Below are positions 9,555 through 19,246 of a stretch of 64,000 bases of DNA, one piece after another; the first letter of the stretch is position 1; every line of letters begins with the position of its first letter. The stretch covers positions 1-64,000 of the IMG/VR virus record IMGVR_UViG_3300015263_001568; one strand, given 5' to 3'. The notes under the pieces were generated by a model. It did not search any database. It was not told the DNA's origin and saw only the letters and a list, made by a program, of their open reading frames with translations. Made by a program: the position numbers and the translations under genes. The stretch comes from a virus.

Positions 9555-10651
9555 TCACCCTTACCCTGGTAGTAGCGCCGGTACAGCCGATACACGATCT
9601 CTTTGCGCCGAGAGGTCGTGTTGATGTAGCGACTCTTGTCCAAGATCAGCACGATAGCATCAAAGACGACATCAACGGCATGCTCATAGCCGCCTTCTGC
9701 CATCAACAGCTGGTGCATGGACGACTCAAAGCGTGCCCAGAGATGTGCCGCTGCCGAGCCGATCTTGCGGTAGGTGACACCCTTGTGCTGGATCGTTTTC
9801 GGGTTGTTGGTGGCCGCCATCCTCATCTCCTGCTCCTGCTTCTCTGCCAGCAGCCTTTGCGATTGTTCGTACTGTTGCTGCAACGTCTCTAGCAAATCAT
9901 CGTAGCGGAACTTATGCAGGACAGCTTTTACTTGCCTATCTGGTAGCGTGCCTGCTTCAACGACTTGGGTGGGCAAGTCGTCATTCCCAGTTTCGTACAA
10001 CTCGTGCTCGAATTCTTCAAGCGCTTTCCACACCGAGGCATCGGCATCACGAAGGCCCTTCTGCACATTGTTATCCAGAGCCCCGACCTTCATTTGAAGC
10101 GCTTCGATGAGCTTCAGCTGGTGCTCAGGGCGCATGGCGTTGAACGCTTCCGTTGCAACGGTCCATTTTTCTGGATAGGGATCGAGTGTGCGCTTGGCCT
10201 TGTAGAGCTGCCAATTTATTTGGCGTAGCAGCGCACCGGGTTGAAGCAGCTCGCTTTCGCTGGTGTTGCGCTCACCAAACCACTGCTGGCCGAAAATATC
10301 GTAAATTGGTCCAAAGTGCCGAGCAATAACATCCGGTGGACGTTGAGCCGACACAAGCCAGAAATTGACACGATGTTCGGATGGCAGCAGCTTACGCCCG
10401 GAGGCTATGCGCGCATCGTCTCGGTAGCCAGGAAGGTTGTCGTCGGGGACACGCACCAGTACATCCAACTCGGATTCTGGATCCCAGTAGTGGCCCACCA
10501 GCGCGCCGACCAAGTAGACACCTTCCGCGGTTGGAAAGCGTGTGCGTACTTGTTCGTCAAGCTGGGATTGGGTTCTGGACGTAAGTGTGCGCTCATCCGC
10601 ACCCCACACATACGGATCGAGCCACCTACGATGGTAGTCCCAAATCGACAT
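9551..10651 (-). CDS. Pol-beta-superfamily nucleotidyltransferase-like protein, degenerate active site
   Basis: VYLVGALVGHYWDPESELDVLV matches hG[GS]x9-13Dh[DE]h with GS>GA and D>E substitutions. Confidence 0.6.
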   Translation of the reverse strand: MSIWDYHRRWLDPYVWGADERTLTSRTQSQLDEQVRTRFPTAEGVYLVGALVGHYWDPESELDVLVRVPDDNLPGYRDDARIASGRKLLPSEHRVNFWLVSAQRPPDVIARHFGPIYDIFGQQWFGERNTSESELLQPGALLRQINWQLYKAKRTLDPYPEKWTVATEAFNAMRPEHQLKLIEALQMKVGALDNNVQKGLRDADASVWKALEEFEHELYETGNDDLPTQVVEAGTLPDRQVKAVLHKFRYDDLLETLQQQYEQSQRLLAEKQEQEMRMAATNNPKTIQHKGVTYRKIGSAAAHLWARFESSMHQLLMAEGGYEHAVDVVFDAIVLILDKSRYINTTSRRKEIVYRLYRRYYQGKGE

Positions 10652-10669
10652 GCCCGACCCTTATGGAGA

Positions 10670-11077
10670 TTAGGTTGGCGCGGCGAGGGCGAGGTCGATC
10701 CACTGCGTACCGTCAGACAGGTTCAATGCAGAGTCATCCGAGTTGTAGAACGTGTACCCAATCGGCACAGACGTTGCCACAGGTCGCGTCGCGTCGGTGA
10801 AGACCGGGTAGCCTGAGAAGTTGGTGGTCTCGACTGTCCGCAGGCTGAGCACGTCCGCCGACGTCAGCACAACGCCATTGTACGACACGCTGAGGACACC
10901 AGCGTCGATGAGCGCTGCCAGGCCATTCACGGCGCCAGGAACGTTGGTGTAGTCATCCAGCGGCGCGTTGACCGAGCTGCTCTTCGGGATGGCGCCAGTG
11001 AGCACGCAAACCCGCTGTCCCGTCAAGTTGGTCAGCAGCAGCTGAGATGTGCCCTTGTTGAGAGTGCGATAACCCAT
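10670..11077 (-). CDS. Virion structural/fibre-like protein
   Basis: AAGGAG RBS; C-terminal TRPVA..GYTFYNSD...DGTQW motif typical of fibre/decoration proteins. Confidence 0.6.
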   Translation of the reverse strand: MGYRTLNKGTSQLLLTNLTGQRVCVLTGAIPKSSSVNAPLDDYTNVPGAVNGLAALIDAGVLSVSYNGVVLTSADVLSLRTVETTNFSGYPVFTDATRPVATSVPIGYTFYNSDDSALNLSDGTQWIDLALAAPT

Positions 11078-11123
11078 TGTGTTCTCCTTCGTTGAGGCCG
11101 GGCATCCCGGCGAACCCTATAGC

Positions 11124-12038
11124 TTAACCTACGCCCAGCACCTTATCGGCGATTTCACGCCCATGCTGGATACGTTTTTCGTTGAGTTCATGGCTGAAAT
11201 CTGCGCTGTCCCACAGCTCGATTTCCGGCTGAAAAAGTCGCACATTAATGTGGCGTTTTCCGGCCATCGCTGGATCGCCAAGCGCGATGCGCGCATTGAT
11301 GTGCTCCACCATTTTTAGGTCGAAGTACACATCGCGAATGAAAATTTCCGAGATGGCCAAACCAACAATGCGGAGCCCATAATTCACCAGATTTATTTTG
11401 GTACCAAACCAGTTGTCGTGCGGGTCATGCCCTGCAATCTGCCTGGGGTCCCGAGTCACTACAACGTCAATATCGTCACATCCCGCGTCGATGGCGCTCT
11501 TAAACGGTGTGATGGTGCGCACGCCACCGTCAGCCCAGAGGTCACCTTGGATCTCGATGGGCTCATAATCTGGAGGTGCCGCCGCAGACGCGTACACCCA
11601 GCGCCAGAATTCTTCTTTTGGCACTTCAGCGGGGCCGACTTCGCGATACGCACCCGTGCCGTACGACACTACGCCAACCACAAAATTTCTTCCAGAAGCC
11701 ACAATGGCATCATAGTCCAGATGCTTCTGGATCAGCTTTCGTAGCGGTGCAGCATTCCAAAGCCCTGTCTTCCACGGAAGCGAAAGGTACTTTCCAAATG
11801 GCCAGCGTTTGTAAATGTCGGAATTTTTGCGTACGTCGGTATTCCAGACAGCCAGCGCCTTGTCGACACCTTGGCGTAAATTACCAGGAGGACTGGTGGC
11901 TATGATGGAACCAACCAAAGCGCCGGCGCTTACGCCAAAAATGCGACCGTAGTCATAGCCAGCCGCAGCCAAGCGCTCCACCACACCGATATGGAAAGCT
12001 CCACGTGCACCCCCACCGCTGAGTACCAGAGTGCGCAT
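11124..12038 (-). CDS. Patatin-like phospholipase
   Basis: Oxyanion LSGGGARG, nucleophile GVSAG and catalytic DGG motifs, all intact. Confidence 0.92.
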   Translation of the reverse strand: MRTLVLSGGGARGAFHIGVVERLAAAGYDYGRIFGVSAGALVGSIIATSPPGNLRQGVDKALAVWNTDVRKNSDIYKRWPFGKYLSLPWKTGLWNAAPLRKLIQKHLDYDAIVASGRNFVVGVVSYGTGAYREVGPAEVPKEEFWRWVYASAAAPPDYEPIEIQGDLWADGGVRTITPFKSAIDAGCDDIDVVVTRDPRQIAGHDPHDNWFGTKINLVNYGLRIVGLAISEIFIRDVYFDLKMVEHINARIALGDPAMAGKRHINVRLFQPEIELWDSADFSHELNEKRIQHGREIADKVLGVG

Positions 12039-13015
12039 TAAATGTACTCAACTGCGGTTTTGCGGAACAAGAACAGGTAGCCTTTTAGGCTTCCAGACCC
12101 GCCACTTACCTTTACCACTTCAAGGCGCAATTTCCAATTCGGGTGGATAAATTCCGTTCCTTCAGGGTTAAAGGTGAAGCAACCTTGTGGATGCCCTAGA
12201 GCGATATTTTGAATGAATTTTACCTTGATGGTAGGTGCCAGCCCAAACGCAAACAGGTGATAGTGACCAGCGCCAAATGTAGGCGCTGGAGTAATAGCAC
12301 CCGTTTTCCTGTCTACGTTCCAATAGCCATCGACGTTGTCAGCAGGAATGGGTACCGCATTGGAAAGGTTGACGTCAGCAGTTCCGTCACCGCTGGCGGG
12401 AACAAGAATGCTAAACCCACCAGCATCAACAATGTTGCAATTGCCTTGTGTGAGCACATTTGGAACAGTGACGGTCGTACCCAAAACAGCGTAGAAGTGA
12501 AACTTGTCTGCTTGGCTCCAGTTGGAATCCGTATACAGTGCACCAGCTCGCATTTCAATAGGCTCAAAGAACTGAAGATCAACAGAAGCAGTGCCAGCGC
12601 CAGACATGCTGATGGCCAAGTCTTGGCCTTCTCCGATGCCCGCCGGCGCTAGTGCAAGGTTGTCACCAGCTCCCGTCCACATTGTCATGTAGCCGCCGGA
12701 AGGCACAGACGATGGCAAAACAATCTGCCGCCCATCCCAGTAGCGCAGTGTATTATCGACTTCTACTTTGGAGACTTTTTCTGTACCTTTTCCTGTATGC
12801 GCGGCACAGACAGCATCGAGAGCAGTTTCTTCAGGCGTAGACAGCGCCGCCTTCATCCAAATATCAACCACGTCACCAGCTGAATTTATGTGGTCAACAG
12901 CGATGGTGATCGTCGCATTGGCATGGATTTCGTCGGTCAACGCACCGCCGTTGATACTTGTGCCAATCAACCCAGTGAAGTGTGTGGCGATGGAGCGTGT
13001 GTATTTAACAGCCAT
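12038..13015 (-). CDS. Virion structural protein (beta-rich)
   Basis: G/A/T/V-rich; lies in the fibre cluster. Confidence 0.55.
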   Translation of the reverse strand: MAVKYTRSIATHFTGLIGTSINGGALTDEIHANATITIAVDHINSAGDVVDIWMKAALSTPEETALDAVCAAHTGKGTEKVSKVEVDNTLRYWDGRQIVLPSSVPSGGYMTMWTGAGDNLALAPAGIGEGQDLAISMSGAGTASVDLQFFEPIEMRAGALYTDSNWSQADKFHFYAVLGTTVTVPNVLTQGNCNIVDAGGFSILVPASGDGTADVNLSNAVPIPADNVDGYWNVDRKTGAITPAPTFGAGHYHLFAFGLAPTIKVKFIQNIALGHPQGCFTFNPEGTEFIHPNWKLRLEVVKVSGGSGSLKGYLFLFRKTAVEYI

Positions 13016-13025
13016 CAGCTACCCT

Positions 13026-13625
13026 CTAAGCCACACGCCATAGCGATAGGCGAGCATCGTAAATTACCGCACTTCCTGCACCAGAAGATTTACGATAGGA
13101 CATGTCAAGTGTATGAACGCCAGTTGCTAAAGTAATCACGTCATAAGACGTATCAGGGAAAAATACTGTCGTGCTACCTGTAGCGATGGTAGAGGTGTGC
13201 AATGTAGTGGTGCCGTCGACTTGGATTTGCACTTCAGTGATGGTATTTCCCGATGTACCACCAATGAGGCTACCGAAGAAAATCATGTAGTCGCCATCGG
13301 TAATGTCCGCAGTAAGCAACAGCTTTTGCTGGAAGACATCACTAGTCGTTGTCGACATCGAGTCATCTTTTACGGAGTAATATTGAAGTGGAAATGCGCC
13401 GTCAAAGTTCAGTGTTTCGCTGCCAGCTGGAACGATAGCTCCAGCCGGACCATCAATGCGTTCCAACTCACCGGCTGTAAAGGCAGCCGCCAAATCGGCG
13501 CTTTTTGTAAGTGCATCTGTGGTAAAATGGTTGTTTAGATCCATTTCAGATGACGCAGCAACCACTTGCCCCAGATCATCTACGCGAAAATTGCTTGCGA
13601 TGGATCGTCGTACCCAGAAAGCCAT
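13026..13625 (-). CDS. Virion structural/fibre-associated protein
   Basis: Start moved to ATG 13625 (MAFWVRR; TGATG overlap); beta-sandwich-like C-terminus. Confidence 0.55.
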   Translation of the reverse strand: MAFWVRRSIASNFRVDDLGQVVAASSEMDLNNHFTTDALTKSADLAAAFTAGELERIDGPAGAIVPAGSETLNFDGAFPLQYYSVKDDSMSTTTSDVFQQKLLLTADITDGDYMIFFGSLIGGTSGNTITEVQIQVDGTTTLHTSTIATGSTTVFFPDTSYDVITLATGVHTLDMSYRKSSGAGSAVIYDARLSLWRVA

Positions 13626-16432
13626 CAGCTTCTCCACGCAATCCAAAGTGCAACGATGGTTTCCAACGAACCGATTCCAGCAGCATCCGCTTCTACCCAG
13701 ATACTAGAACCTGCCGCTAAGTCAATATCGGTGGTGTTCTCAGAAAATACTGAAGCCGCTAACGCAAAGCTGCGTACGGAAACACCATTAACAAGGATGT
13801 AGAAGATTTTCGCCGGTTCTCCACCAGTGGAACGCGCGGCAATCCGCTTGATAGTTGCGTTGTACGGAATTAGTACGCCAGTTCCTGTACCCGCCGTTGA
13901 AATGCCATAACTTAGCAACGTGTTGCCATCAGCATTGTCACGACCCCAAGCAAGCACATATTCCGAGGTGCTAAGCCATTTTGTGCGGCTGGCGTCGTAC
14001 GCCATCAAGAAGTTCGACCCGGCAGCCGTATTGAACCACAAGTGGCCTGCGGCAGGACTTCCAGGAGCTACAGCGCCAGCCGTAATGGCGTGGACATGAT
14101 CCGCTCGCGCTAGACTGATGGATGTTCCTTCAGCGTTGGCCGACCCAATGGCTACCGGCACCGCCGTGGCAATGTCGTGCTTATGGTCAGAGCGTGCAAC
14201 TTCGTCCACAATTCCAGCACTGGCGGGATTGGTGTCCACATCGGCAGGCGCTGTGAAGGTGAACGGAATTTGTGCAGTAGGAACTTGCCCCAGACCATCT
14301 AGGCTGGCGTATCCACCAACAGCGGCTTTCTCACTACGAAGCTGATATTGAGGATGATCGTCATCAGCCAAGCCGCTCAACAACCCGTGGTCTGTGATTG
14401 CGGTGGATCCGGTAGCTAGCTGACCAATTCTTGGGCGCTGGTCAACGATCGATGCAATATCCGTTGCACCTTGCTCGACTACAATCCCAGCAATACGCAG
14501 TGCGTCATCGTTAAGAATCGCAGCAGACGCCGGATTGTTTCCTTGCTCGGCCGCTACCTGCGTGAGAAAGACCTCTTGCCCATATACGATGTGATATTCT
14601 GTGCCACCAGCATGCGTAGTGAGGTACAGCAGGTCCTTTTTGAATTCACCAGGAGCTAGCGCTGCCAACGTTCCAGAGCCATCATCGTAAAAGTCGGGAT
14701 CTATGGCAGTTTGCCCAACAACGTAGGTCCAGCCGCCCAATCCATCATGATACCAGTACACGAAAGTAATTGCCGCAGTTGCGGAAGCCGTGCGCTTATT
14801 ATCGTAGATGTAATAGGCTCCGGAATCCACGTTCAGCTGCAATGAGGGGGACCCAGCTTTGCTTGCAGCCGTACCAGCTACGCTGATTGGACCGATGACC
14901 TCTTGGGAATATACATGGTTATGTGGAATATGCTGAGTAATATCCACATAGTGCTCTGAAATGAAAACTATACTTGCGGCTGCGGTTACAACTTCACCCA
15001 GAACGATAGCGTCCTCGTGGTTAACCGTGCCTTCTGGTGCACTGAGAACGGTGCCATTGAAATCAACGTAAACTTCTAAGTCATCTTCATTCGCAGGAAG
15101 CGAAATGGTATCACCGGGCCACTGCACAAACACGATGCCAGTGCCGGTGTTGACAAATCCAGTACCTGCCGAAACGCTCAAATCCAGTCCGCCAGCACGA
15201 TTTAGAAGGCCGCCAGAGACTCTACCTGTGTTCGCCGTGGTGCGTGTTAGCGTTGCTTGTGGAACCGACTGCGATTGTGTTCCTAGCCACAGTTCGCCGA
15301 ATACAACCATGCCTTCTTCTGATGGCGTCAGATCAGTAAATGCAGCAGCAAAAGTGGCGCCTGCGACAACGCTGACTTTGTTCTTATCCAAGGTACCAGT
15401 GAACAGAACATCGGCGGTAGCAGAGAGGATTTCCAAATCGGTTGTGAATCCGGGTCGCACCAAGGCATTTTGGATTCGCAAAACAGTGGCTCCAGCAGCT
15501 CCAACATGAATTGCGGTAGACCCGCTTGTGAATTCACAAGTCGATATAGTTATATCGCAGCCGTTAGTTGCGCTTAAGGCATACGTCATACCTGTGGCGC
15601 CAAAGCGTGAGTCGTTTACCGTGACAACAACGTTGGCCCCATCAGCTACTATACCGTTGGACAATGTAGCTGGAATGGGAGAGTACAACACGCATGTGGA
15701 TACGCTGACAATGCCAAATCCACTTACCTGTAGAAATGTTCCGAGCGAAGAGCCAACGTATTCAAACCCGCACAAATCCATGTTGACCACGCTTATCGCC
15801 AGCGCAGGATCAACAAGGAATCCGATGTCACCGCGTTGTACTGTTACACGAGATAGCGTAAATGGGGCAGCGACTGGAGTGTCGTGGTGAACAGAAGCAA
15901 ACCCTATTCCTGTTGGGCCTAATAGACCAACATTTGACAAGTGGCTAAATGGTGCACCGGTGATAAAGTGCGCATTCAAATCAGTGGTACGCAACACCAC
16001 TGCTGATGAAGACAATCCTGATTCCGCTTCACCGACGACAGACACGTACGATTTCATCGTAAATGGGTCTTCGTCATACACACCAGGGAAAACCTGCACT
16101 ACGTATGGTTTAGCGGCAGAAGCGTCAACGATGAAGTCGACAGCATCCTTTACACTGGTGAAGTCTGCGTTGGCTTTTCCTACCGTGATGGTCTCAGCAA
16201 TATTTCCAACCGTTGTCGGATGCCATGCCGCCCCATCCCACTGATAGATCGTGTGCTCTACAGTGTGCCAGAAAATGTCACCAGTGTTTGGCGCTCCTGG
16301 AAGTGCCGCACCACTGGGAATAATCAGTGAATCTACGACCGATAGATTTTCGGTCAGCAGGCGGTCTGGCGAGCCTATTTCTTGATAGCCACGACCAGAG
16401 TCATCTATCGATGTCGCTCTACGATCTGCCAT
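13625..16432 (-). CDS. Tail fibre/tailspike with pectin-lyase-like beta-helix
   Basis: ITVGK..ADFTSVKDAV..PYVVQVFPGVYDE beta-helix cap, DHGLLSGLADDDHPQY motif, ARSDHKH/ARADHVH repeats. Confidence 0.75.
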   Translation of the reverse strand: MADRRATSIDDSGRGYQEIGSPDRLLTENLSVVDSLIIPSGAALPGAPNTGDIFWHTVEHTIYQWDGAAWHPTTVGNIAETITVGKANADFTSVKDAVDFIVDASAAKPYVVQVFPGVYDEDPFTMKSYVSVVGEAESGLSSSAVVLRTTDLNAHFITGAPFSHLSNVGLLGPTGIGFASVHHDTPVAAPFTLSRVTVQRGDIGFLVDPALAISVVNMDLCGFEYVGSSLGTFLQVSGFGIVSVSTCVLYSPIPATLSNGIVADGANVVVTVNDSRFGATGMTYALSATNGCDITISTCEFTSGSTAIHVGAAGATVLRIQNALVRPGFTTDLEILSATADVLFTGTLDKNKVSVVAGATFAAAFTDLTPSEEGMVVFGELWLGTQSQSVPQATLTRTTANTGRVSGGLLNRAGGLDLSVSAGTGFVNTGTGIVFVQWPGDTISLPANEDDLEVYVDFNGTVLSAPEGTVNHEDAIVLGEVVTAAASIVFISEHYVDITQHIPHNHVYSQEVIGPISVAGTAASKAGSPSLQLNVDSGAYYIYDNKRTASATAAITFVYWYHDGLGGWTYVVGQTAIDPDFYDDGSGTLAALAPGEFKKDLLYLTTHAGGTEYHIVYGQEVFLTQVAAEQGNNPASAAILNDDALRIAGIVVEQGATDIASIVDQRPRIGQLATGSTAITDHGLLSGLADDDHPQYQLRSEKAAVGGYASLDGLGQVPTAQIPFTFTAPADVDTNPASAGIVDEVARSDHKHDIATAVPVAIGSANAEGTSISLARADHVHAITAGAVAPGSPAAGHLWFNTAAGSNFLMAYDASRTKWLSTSEYVLAWGRDNADGNTLLSYGISTAGTGTGVLIPYNATIKRIAARSTGGEPAKIFYILVNGVSVRSFALAASVFSENTTDIDLAAGSSIWVEADAAGIGSLETIVALWIAWRS

Positions 16433-17038
16433 TTACGGCCCTGATACCTTGATTGGCGGAGCGGGATGCAGAATGATAGTCACCCGACCGGTAGTAGCGT
16501 ACAACGTCGCATTTTCAACTTCGCCGACTAGTGTGTAGTAATGGCCGGACCCACTTATTGGGCGGGTATTCCGGAATTTTCCCGGAGTAATCCAGCTAAG
16601 CACTGCTGGATCTCCTGCAACTACACCCAGCCCAGCGTCAAACAATACTTCGACAATTCCGCCGACTACAATTTGACCCGCCGTTCCGGCATAGACACCA
16701 GCAAACGTTGACGTCAAAAAAGACCCTGCCAAATGGTCGGCATTGGTCGGCATAAATGTGCTGTTTCCAGACACGTAAGCTGCATAGCCAGCCGTCATCG
16801 CAGTCGTGTCTTTGCCGATGATGATGACCTGCTCAAGGTCATTGAACTGCGTCAAGTCGTCGAGGTTAATGACGACAATGGTACCAGACGCAATACGGCT
16901 GTACACTACCTCGGTATTGATCACATCGTCGTAGGCGACGAACTGGAAGACTTTATCCTCGCGCGGCTGAAGCGTGCCGTTCACTGGACTGCCTAGCCGC
17001 AAGACGTACGTCGTCAGATTTCGGATAAGTACAGCCAT
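16433..17038 (-). CDS. Virion decoration/fibre-like protein
   Basis: Gly/Val-rich beta pattern resembling capsid cement/fibre domains. Confidence 0.45.
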   Translation of the reverse strand: MAVLIRNLTTYVLRLGSPVNGTLQPREDKVFQFVAYDDVINTEVVYSRIASGTIVVINLDDLTQFNDLEQVIIIGKDTTAMTAGYAAYVSGNSTFMPTNADHLAGSFLTSTFAGVYAGTAGQIVVGGIVEVLFDAGLGVVAGDPAVLSWITPGKFRNTRPISGSGHYYTLVGEVENATLYATTGRVTIILHPAPPIKVSGP

Positions 17039-17475
17039 TAGTATAGTGTCGAGGGCACCTGGACCACGTAGGTCGGTGGCTCGGGTGTAGTGTCACCGAC
17101 GCCAACCTCGTCGCCGCTCATAGCCTTCATCTTGGTGACGTTCAGGCGGCACAGCTCGGTGTTGGCGTCGTAGAGGTCCGGATCCTCCCCCGGATTGGCC
17201 CGGAAATAGCCCTTCGCTGCGTCGGAACCAGGGCGGACTACCTGGCATGACCCATAGCCTGACGAAGGCAGCAGAGCGGCTCCTGTGGGCCATGAGGAGA
17301 AGAACACTTCCATGGCGGCGTTTAGCGCACCTTGTAGGTCTGACGCCCACACTAGTTGGCTAAACCAAAAGGTCCGGCTGCGGGCAATCTTGCCCTCGTA
17401 CTGAGGTTGGCCGGTGAAGCCTACCTGCCAGGCAGCGAGCCCTTCCTGGGGCCATGTGCGAACCCCGTGTGTCAT
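17038..17475 (-). CDS. Hypothetical protein
   Basis: Coupled by overlaps on both sides. Confidence 0.65.
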   Translation of the reverse strand: MTHGVRTWPQEGLAAWQVGFTGQPQYEGKIARSRTFWFSQLVWASDLQGALNAAMEVFFSSWPTGAALLPSSGYGSCQVVRPGSDAAKGYFRANPGEDPDLYDANTELCRLNVTKMKAMSGDEVGVGDTTPEPPTYVVQVPSTLY

Positions 17476-18311
17476 CCTTCGTACTTCCGCAAAATGTCTT
17501 GTATGGACGACTTGAACTCGCTTACGCGGCCAAGTAGCAAGTCCGTCAAGTTGATTTCGTGGTTGTATTTGTTGGATTTGAACACACCGGTTAGCGTGTG
17601 GATGTCGCCAGGATTAAGCTGCCGACGTTCGGCGAGCGCATCCAAGTAAGCAGCGCTCAATCGATAGCTCTCGGTCACCGAGCCCGTACCATGATCACTA
17701 GCTGCTATAGACTTGCAGAGGTCGTCTAGCGCTTCGCCTAGACCGTCGGCTTTAGGCACAGGCACAATGGCATAACCGAAATATTCTGTGTATGGGTCTT
17801 GGCGCAGCTTGAAAAACACACCGCCATCGTTGGCTCGAAGCAGACTCTGGATCTTGCGATTCGGGCTGCTGGATGGCTTGTCGGTAGACCACCAGCATCC
17901 GACGAAGACCATGCCTTCAAACTTCAAGCCACGATGCAGCGGCTTTTCCTTGCCCTTGTACGAGTGGCGCTCCAATCGAACGTCGCCCGTGTCTTTGTCC
18001 TTTTTCCAGCGAAAGCCTGGAGGAGGATTATCCTCAATTTCACGGATCAGCTCGGTCACTACATCGCCTACCAGCATGCCAGTTGTAGCCAGCATGCGGC
18101 AGACTTGGAGCTTCAGTTCTTCAGGAATGTAGGGGTGCTCTGCTTGGCGCACCGGAACGTTGCAGCTTAAATTTTCAAGCCACTCGATGACCCTTTCCCG
18201 TGCCAAGCCTAGCTTGTATATCCACGGAAAAATCATCGTCGCCAGGACGTGCGCAATATCGCGCGTCCCGGCTTCCCGGTACACTGCTCCGGCGTATCGA
18301 ATACGTAGCAT
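17472..18311 (-). CDS. Hypothetical protein with N-terminal RIRYxGAVYR motif
   Basis: GGAGG RBS; starts MLRIRYAGAVYREA. Confidence 0.7.
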   Translation of the reverse strand: MLRIRYAGAVYREAGTRDIAHVLATMIFPWIYKLGLARERVIEWLENLSCNVPVRQAEHPYIPEELKLQVCRMLATTGMLVGDVVTELIREIEDNPPPGFRWKKDKDTGDVRLERHSYKGKEKPLHRGLKFEGMVFVGCWWSTDKPSSSPNRKIQSLLRANDGGVFFKLRQDPYTEYFGYAIVPVPKADGLGEALDDLCKSIAASDHGTGSVTESYRLSAAYLDALAERRQLNPGDIHTLTGVFKSNKYNHEINLTDLLLGRVSEFKSSIQDILRKYEG

Positions 18312-18332
18312 GTCCCGACCTCCGCCGGGCAG

Positions 18333-19157
18333 CTACTTTAGGCCGGTGCCCTTGAGTGTAACAAGCTTGCGTGCGAAGTCAGGGTCACCGTACATCTTGG
18401 TATAGATGTTGATGAACTCCTGCGTAGACTCCTGGGCGACGCGCGGCGACTTATCGGTGATGTCGACGACGTTACCCTTGTGCACCTGGAGCACTTCACC
18501 ATTGGCGCGCACACGCAGAGTATCGGCGCCGACGAACTCCACCTCACCGAACTGTCGGTAGCCGTCACGGATGAAGGTGATACGATCACCAACATCGTAG
18601 CTCAGCATCCCAGCCTGGTGCAGGTGTGCAAACCGCGGACGATGGTGCGCCGTTCCCTTGCGGATTTTGCGCTGCCGGTTTTCCAAAATGGCAGCGATGT
18701 CATCCCGAGCAACGCGCACCAGGAACTTGTTGCCATTTTCATCCGCCATCGCTTCCCAGATGCGATTGCTCTCATCGGCAAAGCGCTGCGTACCATTGCT
18801 CGCCGTGTGCACGGGGATCATGTGCCGCGCATGGCTGATAGGTGCCAGCTCTGGCTGCTGCACAACAATACCGCTGACAGCGTCAATTTCGCTACCAGTG
18901 GACTTTTCATGCAGCCGCACGCTCTCCAACGCCAGGCGGAGCTGACCCTCAAAGGTGCTGGTGACCCACTGGTCAACCTGACTACCCTTCGGGCGGCCAA
19001 ACTGTGCGTTGAACCCGATCAGAACCTTCGCAGAGTGGTCATCCACCACGTCCCAGTCCGACAGATAAAAGTCGGGACGTCCCGACCGAGTGCTGGCCAC
19101 TCGCTCGTTGATTCGGCGGGTGAGCTTGTCCGAGATGGTCTTCAGCAAGTCCGACAT
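18333..19157 (-). CDS. Hypothetical protein with C-terminal SH3/KOW-like domain
   Basis: Start moved to ATG 19157 (MSDLLK; AAGGAG RBS); contains YDVGDRITF...FGEVEFV. Confidence 0.7.
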   Translation of the reverse strand: MSDLLKTISDKLTRRINERVASTRSGRPDFYLSDWDVVDDHSAKVLIGFNAQFGRPKGSQVDQWVTSTFEGQLRLALESVRLHEKSTGSEIDAVSGIVVQQPELAPISHARHMIPVHTASNGTQRFADESNRIWEAMADENGNKFLVRVARDDIAAILENRQRKIRKGTAHHRPRFAHLHQAGMLSYDVGDRITFIRDGYRQFGEVEFVGADTLRVRANGEVLQVHKGNVVDITDKSPRVAQESTQEFINIYTKMYGDPDFARKLVTLKGTGLK

Positions 19158-19246
19158 TTTCTTGCGTCTCCTTATAGGTTTTACGCACTCCAGTTCCATG
19201 CGGAGTGCCGCAGTACCCCATAAGGTTAACTACAAAAATGGTCGGA

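Noticed and set aside
11095-11109. GCCGGG-CAT-CCCGGC hairpin as a terminator
   Set aside because: No U-tract on the coding strand; at most a stabilising or processing hairpin.
9551-12038. CBASS-like pair (nucleotidyltransferase plus patatin/CapV)
   Set aside because: The NTase active site is degenerate and lacks recognisable CD-NTase features, a structural gene separates the two, and the patatin is coupled to fibre genes.
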